From contig JAHRHZ010000223.1 of the NCBI GenBank assembly GCA_024137785.1, positions 27,621,919-27,685,918 of the forward strand: a DNA stretch of 64,000 bases, written 5' to 3'. Positions 55,251 through 64,000 of the stretch are shown one piece after another. The notes under the pieces are model-generated. The model was given only the letters and a program-made list of their open reading frames with translations. It ran no database searches and was not told the DNA's origin. Made by a program: the position numbers and the translations under genes. Each line of letters starts with the position of its first letter. Position 1 is the first letter of the stretch. This DNA is from Ginglymostoma cirratum. Lineage: Eukaryota.

Positions 55251-56202
55251 CTAGTCTTCCTCCTGTTTTTCCTTGTTAGAAGTGTCAAAGAATATGGATC
55301 AAAAAGTGGGTAAATGAAGCAGAGATGAATATCAATCATGATCTAATTGAATGGTGGAGCACTATCAGTAGCTAAATGGCCTATTCATGTACCAAAGCTT
55401 GGTTACTTGAAGACAAACTAAAAATGGGTTCAAACCATATTGCACTATCCAACTGATTTGTTTAGATAATTGACATACATCAGTACCATGAAGAATAAAG
55501 GCATTATTGCCCAACAAAACATGGCACTTTATTACCATATTAAAGTGGGTACTGTTCCAATAATAAAATTGGTTTTAGTGTAGAACCAAACTGAAAAAGA
55601 TACAGAGTCAGAGTCATACAGCATGGATATTGCAAGTAGTCAATTCTCTCACTACCCCCAGTACTTAAATATGCATCAGGAACTCTACCAAACATCTCAC
55701 GATAAATGCAAAGCATGAGCTCCATACATGACTACTCACATGCTACTCAATCAGGTTTACTGAGTGGATGTTTCCTGATTACATCAAACAACTGGATCAA
55801 TGACTTACTTTTTATTCAAATCAAAGGCCAACGATGATACCTGTCAAGTCATAAAATAAAAACTAAGTAAAAGAGCTTTGCTTTGTGATATTAACCAGGG
55901 ATGATTTGATGTTAACAGCTCCCAAAAACATTGTACATGATGTTGCGAAATATTTTGTTCTTACTCCAAACACATATTGTACGTGTGGAATGACAGTGAT
56001 TTAATTTTCAGCAAAATACCATTCATTGCCATTCTTGTTCTCTAGTCAAAACCTGATAACATTATATCATTTAATTACAAACTACTTTTGATCACAAACT
56101 CAGAACTCAAGTTTCAATCTACCCACCTTGATAAACAGGAAAACAAAATGGATTAGATCTATTCCATTTTGTATAATGTTCAGGACAACACACAAAAATG
56201 GA

Positions 56203-56330
56203 GGGGTGGGGGACCAACAGACAAAAATGTGGGGGGGGCAAAATGACAAGTAAAAAGGAGGGATGACAAAAAAGGGGGGGGGTGACAGAATAAGGGGGGG
56301 TAGCGAAAGAAAAAAAGAGGGGGAACAAAA
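56203..56330. repeat. Low-complexity alternating A-tract/G-tract array
   Basis: Repeated A4-7 and G3-10 runs with tgac/gac linkers. Confidence 0.7.
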
Positions 56331-56904
56331 GAAACGTGTACTCCCTTTTGTACCGAGGGTAACCCTATGGAAAGCAGGCAGTAGAACTAGTGTGTGGGTG
56401 GGAGCTAAGTAGCCTTGCATTACTCAGCATTCACGAGGACCAACCAGTCAGTTCATTAAGCTAGAAGTACAAGTGGTTGGCTCACATCCATCACTAAAGT
56501 TTAGACAGTTTTTTGCTTTAAGTAATATCACAAAAAAAAAGGCAGACAGCCACAACTGTACAAGGTTTCCCTTGATCAGGCAGCCAAACTTTTCCCTCCC
56601 CAAAACAGCAGACTGTCAAAGAAGCAGTGCAAGAAACTCTTTACTTTACCCAAAGAAGCAACGTGGATTGACAACAAAATGTCCAGATCACGGTCATTCC
56701 AAAGACTGCTAAACCTTCAATTTTCTTTTTCAGTGCTGATTCAATTAGCACATTCAGTCCAAAATTAATATTTAAAAAGGCAGAGGACAGTATGCTTATT
56801 CTCTTGAAGACAGGCAGTCAATCATGCAGTATCTAATTGCAAGAACATTCACCTTATTTACACAGACCTAATTTGAAAAATTAAAAAAAATACAAAAAAA
56901 AATG

Positions 56905-57444
56905 TTATCATCAAGCAATGAATAATCCACGCAGTTTTTTTTTCCCTGGCATTTTGGTGGAGTGTGATAAGGCTAAAAACAACAGGCTGCTCAGTAAAGT
57001 GAAAAAAAGAGATAGATAACATTGATATGCACTCCTACACAAAACAGACCAATCCTTATCTGTGCTTTTTATCACAGTACCTTTTTTTAAAAAACACAAC
57101 TGGACTGGAGCTCCTTTAATAAAACACCATGAGAGGGAAAAATAGACGTGAAGTTTTAACTCTCCCCCTTTAAAAAAAGGAAACATAATTTATCAAGGTA
57201 TTATCGAGAAATCCAGACACCCTAATCAGCTCCCATGAAGTCAGTATTTCCATTCTTATCTGGTAGAGGAGTGGAAATGGAGAAGTGATTGTCAGAGCTG
57301 TGCAGATTACTGGAGCGGAATGCTAATGGAAGACAAGGCTCGACCATTGGTCGCATAGTACTTGCTATCAGCACCATTATCAAAGCTTATCAATGCAACC
57401 ATCACTTCATAGTAATGGGGCCAGTTCAACTTTCTGCATTATCA
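56905..57444. promoter_or_regulatory. Candidate GATA-cluster intronic enhancer
   Basis: 12 WGATAR matches in about 540 bp of repeat-free intron 1 sequence. Confidence 0.6.
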
Positions 57445-59239
57445 TATAGCAAACCTGCCCAAGAGGCCTACACCAGGAGAATGTTATCCAGCTCAGAAAA
57501 GGAGAGGAAGAGAGGAGGAAAAAGCAGAAATGCAATGATGGCAGCCGCAGGAGCAGCAAATAGTGGAACCAGAGAGGGGTGGATGCATGGGGACGGGGAG
57601 AGAAAGTGGAAATTACAAGGCACATATAGATCACAGAAACACAAGGAACTGGAATAAACAATAACAAAATGTATGAATAAAGAGACTCATGAAAAGGAGA
57701 CAGGGCTGTTAATTTAAAAAAAGAAACAGAGGAGAGAATTCAAAAGTAAGAAACCAGGTAGATAATGTAATTATGTGGAAAGATTAAAAAGTGAAGATCA
57801 GGAAAAATGAAGGACAGGGACTAAAGACTGTGTAACATTAAATAAAAGACAAAAGGAAAATGAGACAAAAAGAACAAAGCACTTGTAAAAGAAAATACCT
57901 AAAAGACACATTGTAAACATTATGAAGAACGTATGATCTCAAGTACATTACATTCTTTACTTTCACAGTGTAACTGATACAAGATACTCTTTATAGTCAC
58001 CACGTAAAGTTTGTTTTAATATTAAAAGTTTCCAATGTTGAATAACAGCTCATAAGGATTTGTGAAATTATTTCTACAAAAGGAACAGTTAAGGCCAAAC
58101 CTTTTCTTTCAGTTACAATATTGAATGTCAAGTCATTAGTCTGAAAGGCTGTATAAAAACAATTAATAATGGTACATTAATCAAAGATATCCAGCTTAAC
58201 GCTCTTAGCATTATCCTTGCAATTAAAAACAAAGACAGTATCTTAACCTTAAGGCCATTTCAAACATAGCATTTGGGATCTAGAAGCCAACCTGAATGCA
58301 AGAATGCACAAACTAGAGGCCAAGAATATTAAAACAATTTTCTTAAATTTGTTCATTTTATAAAGTTTATGTCACCGAAAGAAAAGTACCTAGTAATGGC
58401 TTTTGGACGCAGAGGGAACTGCTCCAATAAATTCTGAATAGCTAACAAACAAACAGTACCAATCCATACTTCCAAATAGGTAGTTTATTTTCACGTTCCC
58501 TTTTGTGAATTATTATATAATTTTTGAATTTCACCTCTTTGTAATCATATGATTGCCTCTGTATTATATAATAACTTGCAATGTGCACGTAATTAAACGA
58601 TGCACCAAATAGCAAGAAAGACACTAGCTGAAGTCCCATTCAAGTTTCTTTCACTTCCCACAAAATCTACACTCCCCTAAAATTGTACATCAGTTTTACA
58701 TTTTTGTAAGCGTGATCCCCTGGCATTCACTACAATGTAAGTTGTGCATAACAGTTCAAGATAAACATTATCCAACAAATAGAGAATCAATCCTAAAAAT
58801 ACATAATTGTGCATTTCCATTGTGCATGTAAATGTTAGTAATAAACTACCAAAACTCTGCAAACTAATGACTGATTTCAAACAAATGGTCTATCTTAACG
58901 TTTTAAAGAGATGCTGCATTTTAAGCAGAACTTATCAAGCATAGAACTTTTAAGTCAAATTGACTGCTAAGTAAGGCATAAGATTGGCCAGTGCAGTGGA
59001 TATTTATCAATTATAAAAATCTAACAGGTTTTGTCTCTTCCATGTGGGGTCCGTTTTCTTGAAACTTTCACCTGTGAATCTACTTTAATTACTATTAGCA
59101 TGGCTTAAAATGGAGTACAGAAGTGGAATGAAGTGGATAAGTTTTACACATCGTCACTCAAACACCTGAACACATTTTAACAACTCAAAATTCTGAATTA
59201 AATATCTATGGCAGTGTAAACAGTTAAACACATCTAACT

Positions 59240-59700
59240 CATAGGAACATAGCAATTACAGGCAGGAGGAGACCATTTAATAAGATCATGGTTGATCTGA
59301 TTTTGACCTCAATTCTACATTATTTTCTGCCATCATAACCTTTGGCCTCCTTGTCAATCATAAATCTAACTGAGCCTTGAATAAATTCAATGACCCAGTC
59401 TCCACTGCTTTCTAGGCAGAGATTTCCACAAACTAACAACCGACACAGAATAAAATTCTTCTTGGTTTTCAAAGAGACTTCATTCATAAACTATATCCCC
59501 TCGCTCTCGTCTCCCCCACAAGAGGAAACATCCTTCCAATAACCATCTTTTCAAGCCCCCTTAGATTGTGTATTTTTCAATATGATCATCTTGCCTTCTC
59601 TTAAACTCCTATGGGTATAGGTCCAACTTGTTCAACTTCCCTTCCTAAGACAAGCCGCTCATCCCAAGTATGGGTCAAGAGAATCTATTCTGACTTGTTT
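59240..59700 (-). mobile_element. Old CR1 LINE 3' end
   Basis: Homologous to the CR1 3' ends at 53590-54000 and 36210-36500. Confidence 0.7.
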
Positions 59701-60330
59701 CTTATGCAACTATACTGGATACTAATGTACAGCTTGTAAGCTTATTTCCCCTATATAGCATGCCCAGTTCTTTGCAATCCAAAAGTGAACATTATGAAAT
59801 TCGCCTGATATACAACTTGCCTTCATGTCCAAATAATCCGCAATATTTAACCAGCTGTTAAACTTTGCTAATATAAAACAGAAACAGAGTAGGTTGTACA
59901 CAGTAAAGCTTTGTGAGCCACCAGTTATGTATTTTTCACACGAGAGAACGATTAGATGTGTTATGTAAGGCTGTACATCCAATTTCATTTCTGGATCAAA
60001 ATAACTTTAGAAAAAAGTGCCACCTGAATCCTATCAGCTGTAAAATATCGTTGCAAATCAAAAGAAGCAGAATCCAATCAAATTAACAAGTGACAAATAT
60101 TTTTAGCCTAATTCCAGTAAGTACAAAGTTGAAAAACAAAGCTATGTACACATGCCGTCTTAGCCTCTCTAAATGCAATGAATTCAATGTTAGACGTAAA
60201 GAAATCAACGGCATTAATAGCTTAACGATGGAATCAATTACATCAGACTTTCTGGGTTTTTTTTCTTTTTTTTTATTTCTTTGTATTTCAATAACCGTCC
60301 TACTCGGTACCTCTCCAGTCTGGTATGAAC

Positions 60331-60610
60331 TGATAAGAACTGTTATCTCACTTGGCAATCTATATCAGGACCTAGATCAAGCCTCCGGCTTATCATGTTT
60401 TCTCATCATCCAGTCTACAGTCAAACAAGCTCCACTTTTGTTCAATGTTTCCTTTACCAGAAAAATAGAGTCGTCATCAGAAAAGAGGGCTCTGTTTTTT
60501 TTTCACAAAAAAGTAAAACAAAAGCAAATCATATAGTGAAAATCAAATAGGGAAAGTCAAGAATGTCCAGAACTGATGATTGTTCCTGCGATATAAAAAT
60601 CACCAGATAA
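60331..60610. promoter_or_regulatory. Proximal intron-1 GATA sites including an inverted pair
   Basis: TGATAA-gaactg-TTATCT at 60331-60348, TTATCA at 60390 and AGATAA at 60605. Confidence 0.45.
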
Positions 60611-60821
60611 GTAAATTATTTTTAACTTGCATTGAGCAAACACTCTGGTTCGCTGACGAGGTCGACTGTGAAAATGTATCCTGTGCCTCCTACTTCTCAT
60701 CAGAAATATGAACACCTGCCTGGAAACAGTCGTTTTAAAACTGAGGAGAGACGCCGCGGCGTTGACAGACGGCAAGAGAGTTTGTGAAGTGAGCAGAAGA
60801 AGAGGCATAGCGACAACTCAC

Positions 60822-60861
60822 GTTTAATCTGCCGGGGGTTACTCTGTTTCCTCCTGGACAT
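60822..60861 (-). CDS. ZFPM1: ZFPM1 (FOG1, friend of GATA 1) coding exon 1, NuRD-binding N-terminal motif
   Basis: The minus strand reads gcagccacaATG TCC AGG AGG AAA CAG AGT AAC CCC CGG CAG ATT AAA C|gtgagt = MSRRKQSNPRQIK plus 1 nt (40 nt, phase 1). It has a canonical GTGAGT donor and an A at Kozak -3. Asn8 and the following R-S (from exon 2) match FOG1 (MSRRKQSNPRQIKRS) rather than FOG2 (MSRRKQSKPRQIKRP). Confidence 0.93.
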
Positions 60862-61145
60862 TGTGGCTGCTGGTTGCCGCGGTTTAGGGTTGTAATGGGG
60901 AAGGGATTGGGGGGGGGGTGGTGGTGATGGGAGCGGGTAGATAGAGGGGTGCGTAAGAGCTGGTGGTTTACGGGTGGACAGCTGTGGTTTGCAGTCGCAG
61001 CATGGCAGCACGATCAGAGAGCGCAGACTGAGCACGGAACTGAGTGATCAGAGAGCCCAGCAGAGCAGCCGCAGCGAGCCATTCACAAGCGCCGCGCGAG
61101 TATCCAGCCAACACTCACCCGATACACTGTATGAACTCCGCCGTC

Positions 61146-61235
61146 TGACGTCATGCCGCTCGCTGCCATAGCAACCGGGCAGCATTGAGCCGTGCGTCGG
61201 GACGCCCCATTGTAAACAATGGCGTGTGACGTCAC
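61146..61235. promoter_or_regulatory. Promoter motif cluster: two full CREs, X-box-like site, inverted SOX pair with FOX core
   Basis: TGACGTCA at 61146-61153 and 61227-61234; GCTGCCATAGCAAC at 61162-61175; CCATTGT-AA-ACAATGG at 61207-61222, which contains TGTAAACA. Confidence 0.55.
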
Positions 61236-61530
61236 CCGCGCCACCTGTATCCCCCTTCCCACGCGGAGTTGAAGGAGTCTTCTGAGGGAAGTGAGCAACT
61301 GGATACTCTGTGCATCTTAGCTTCGACCGGTTTGTTCATGTTCACGAGTACCACCTTCCACCTTCCACCCTCCCTCCCCGCCGCCCCAAGGTCAGTCAGC
61401 TTTTGAAAGTTTGGCAACTTTTTCAAAACCAAAAACACTTTGTTGCAAGATGCCACACCATTTCGAGTCCAGTCTTAACGTTTCCCCAGCACATTTCGTT
61501 TATACGGGATTGCATTGCAACTACTCAGCA

Positions 61531-61627
61531 AAGGGTTTAGGCCCGAAACGTCAAGTTTTCCTGCTCCTATGATGCTGCTTGACCTGCTGTGTTCATCCAG
61601 CCCCATGCTTGTTAACCGAGATTTTCT
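61531..61627 (+). mobile_element. Short Penelope-derived element, family A
   Basis: Nearly identical to 8215-8298 but lacks the CTGATG of the core. Confidence 0.75.
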
Positions 61628-61791
61628 TTACCCGTTTAAGAGTGCGTCCACCCCCCACCCCGCTGGCAGTAAAATATATATATAGTCCCGGTTTAAATAC
61701 AAGGAATCGAGGCACCGGCTGGTAAAGCAATGTGTTCGGGCCCCGCCAACCTGTATAGACAGACATTGTTGGAGTTTAACCAGTTAAATCA

Positions 61792-61914
61792 AAGTAAAAT
61801 ACTGCAGATGCCGGACCTCTGAAACGTCAGCGGAAAGTGTTAGAAATATTCCGCAGGTCTGCAGCATTTGTGGAGAGATAAACAGTTTCGAGTCGATAAT
61901 GACTTCTTCAGAAT
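61792..61914 (-). mobile_element. Family B Penelope-derived element with 8-bp TSD
   Basis: Minus strand ttCTGAAGA-agtcattatcgactc-GAAAC; ttaaatca at 61784-61791 and 61915-61922. Confidence 0.7.
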
Positions 61915-62498
61915 TTAAATCAGCCAAAGCCGTACAACAAAGAAAACTAATAAACTTTTCACTGTCTATTCAACCATGACTTCGACAGGCAGAAGTGCAG
62001 GAATCGAAAATAGCTATTCAGCAGGCAATCCTGGATTTGGATTTCCGCCAGCATACATTGTAGCATGGACTGTACAGCATCGCTAGGCATCCCTATTTCA
62101 TCCGAATGAACTTTGACTTCGAATATCATTGATGCGTGCCTGCTTCCATTGTAACTGCAATGTTCTGTGGACACTGCAATGCACCATGGGATACTGGCTT
62201 TGACACAGCTGGTGGATCTGAAAAGGAATGCAATCGACATTCAGCGAATGTTTGGTAGATATTAAGCACAATACAGCCATCGATATGATCGTCCTGCATA
62301 TTTAGAAATTGCACTTGAACAACTGTCCACATCAAAGGCAGGACAATGGCACTTATCACAACAGTTAAATGATGTCTAGCTCGTGTGTCCTATTCATGAA
62401 TATCTGACATGTGGATAATGGTGTACTGTGCCATCAACAAACATAGTTTGGCATGAACTGGTATCTGTCATCAAAAGGCAACATGATTACAAAGGGAT

Positions 62499-62692
62499 AG
62501 TAGGAACTGCAGATGCTGGAGAATCTGAGATAATAAGGTGTAGAGCTGGATGAACACAGCAGGCTAAGCAGCATCAGAGGAGCAGGAAGGCTGACGTTTC
62601 GGGTCTGGACCCTTCTTCAGAAAAACCCTTCTGAAGAAGGGTCCAGACCCGAAATGTCAGCTTTCCTGCACCTCTGATGTTGCCTGGCCTGC
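62499..62692. mobile_element. Head-to-head palindromic family A element with 17-bp TSD
   Basis: catgattacaaagggat at 62482-62498 and 62693-62709. The arms meet at ccttcttcagaaaaacccttctgaagaagg. Confidence 0.85.
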
Positions 62693-63520
62693 CATGATTA
62701 CAAAGGGATCTTGATCAAATGGGTCAATTGGCTGAAAAATGTCAGATGGAGTTCAATCTGGATAAATACGAGGTATTTCATTTTGGTACAACAAACAAGG
62801 GTAGGGCTTATACAATTAATGGGAGGGCCTTGGGTAGATTTGTAGAACAGAGGACCTAGGAATGCAGGTACATAATTCTTTAAAGTTTGTGTCACATATA
62901 GACAGGATGATTAAAAGGTGTTTGGCACGCTTGCCTTTATCGCTCAATCCTTTCAGTATAGGAGTTGGAAAGTCTTGTTGAGGTTGTACAGGACATTGAT
63001 GAGGCCTCTTCTGGAATACTGTATCCAGTTCTGGTTGCCCAGTTATAGGAAGAATATTATCAGGCTAGAGAGGCTCAGAAGGGATTTACCAGCATGTTAC
63101 TGGGTATGGAAGGTTTGAGTTATAAGGAAAGGCTGGATAAGCTGGGACTTTTTTTCACGATAGAAGTTTATAAAATAATGAGAGGTATAATACAGTTGAT
63201 GGTAGTTGTCTTTTCCCTAACATGGGGAATTTCAAGATTAGGGGGCACATTTTAAGGTGAGAAGAGAGAGATTTATAAAGGACGAGGCAAATTTTTTACA
63301 CAGAGGGTGTTTCGCGTTTGGAGTGAATTTCCTGTGGAAGTGGTGGATGTGGGTACAATTCCAATGTTTAAAAGACATTTGGATGGCCATATGAATAGGA
63401 AAGGTTTAGAGGGATATGAGCCAGGAGCAAACAGGTGGGACCAATTTAGTTTGGGATTATGTTTGGCATAGACTGGCTTAACCGAAAGGTCTGTTTCTGT
63501 GCTGTATGACTCAATGATTT
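62693..63520 (+). mobile_element. CR1/HER1 LINE 3' fragment
   Basis: LQRDLDQMGQ...MEFN; FGTLAFIAQSFQYRSWKVLLRLYRTLMRPLLEYCIQFWLPSYRKNIIRLER. Confidence 0.9.
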
Positions 63521-64000
63521 GAATGGATCCTTAGAACTCAATCAAGAATTATTCGCAGCTATTCTGTGACTTGGGTATTTTTCAGTGATACCATTGCTAG
63601 TTATAAACTGAAAAGACTCAGTCCTTTATTGTTAAGCTGGCACGTGGCACTCACTCTTTTACTTCCTCTGAAATAGCTTCGATTCATGGATCCAGCAGCA
63701 ATCCAGCATATGATGGCTGCAAGTTATGGGCTGTGCATAACAACCATTGTTTTATACAACCTGCACACCCAGGCTGGAAAGTAATAATTGGGTTGGAAAT
63801 TGGTTCACACGAACTGAACAAAATGTAGGGATTAATTCCTGTATCTGAAGTAGACTGAGAGTCATCCGATATCAGGTCTTTTGTATATGATACCAATGAC
63901 TTGCACACAACTACTGGGTGTCCCTGAGCTCATGAGCAAGGAGACCTTCAATATCCTTTAGTATGTGTATTTATTGCCTGTCGTATTGGAGACTTAGTTG

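Larger units (their letters stand above)
7671..60821 (-). other. ZFPM1: ZFPM1 intron 1 (53,151 nt, GT-AG)
   Basis: GT at 60821-60820 and AG at 7672-7671 join the two exons in frame. I recognised no intervening exon. Confidence 0.8.
60640..61400 (-). promoter_or_regulatory. CpG-rich promoter / 5'UTR of ZFPM1
   Basis: Sharp local rise in GC and CpG (e.g. acgccgcggcg, gccgcgcgag) around exon 1 in an otherwise CpG-depleted window. The TSS cannot be determined from sequence. Confidence 0.75.

Noticed and set aside
57289-57657. 122-aa + strand ORF
   Set aside because: No recognisable domain or splice support. It overlaps the GATA cluster and a purine-rich low-complexity tract.
60090-60536. 148-aa + strand ORF, the longest in the track
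   Set aside because: GTG start, runs through a poly-T tract, has no homology I recognise, and is antisense within intron 1.
60822-60861. Assignment to ZFPM2, or to SALL/BCL11/ZNF423-type proteins with the same MSRRKQ motif
   Set aside because: SNPRQIKRS is the FOG1-type sequence. FOG2 has SKPRQIKRP, and the other families diverge after MSRRKQ.
60700-61035. 111-aa minus ORF as a single-exon protein or N-terminal extension of FOG1
   Set aside because: It starts at GTG. The recognised FOG1 N-terminus begins at the internal ATG (60861), and a perfect donor follows at 60821. The flanking residues are UTR and intron read-through.
61959-62460. Overlapping minus-strand ORFs upstream of the promoter
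   Set aside because: No recognisable motif or exon boundaries; they may be an unclassified repeat or unique non-coding DNA.
1-62692. Dispersed family A repeat as a CRISPR array or tRNA/structured ncRNA gene
   Set aside because: The context is eukaryotic, the copies are scattered with TSDs and ragged ends, and there is no repeat-spacer periodicity or cloverleaf.

Overview
AT-rich vertebrate genomic DNA. The repeat content (CR1/HER1 LINEs, HE1 V-SINEs, DeuSINE/SacSINE1-like SINEs, Penelope-derived elements) points to a cartilaginous fish, probably a shark. The one gene I can support is ZFPM1 (FOG1) on the minus strand. It has a CpG-rich promoter/5'UTR at about 60.9-61.3 kb, coding exon 1 at 60822-60861 (MSRRKQSNPRQIK, the NuRD-binding motif), a 53,151-nt intron 1, and coding exon 2 at 7539-7670. 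The gene continues beyond the left edge of the window. Almost all other ORFs in the track are decayed retroelement fragments or chance ORFs. Three signals stand out. (1) A dispersed set of very short Penelope-derived elements carries minimal hammerhead-ribozyme cores (CTGANGA-stem-GAAACGTC); several are head-to-head palindromes bounded by 7-17 bp target-site duplications, and there is also a ~540-bp palindromic Penelope endonuclease 3' end. (2) Intron 1 holds dense GATA-site clusters, consistent with GATA-to-FOG1 feed-forward enhancers. (3) The promoter has a compact CRE/X-box/SOX-FOX motif set. Repeat boundaries and family names were assigned by eye and are approximate.
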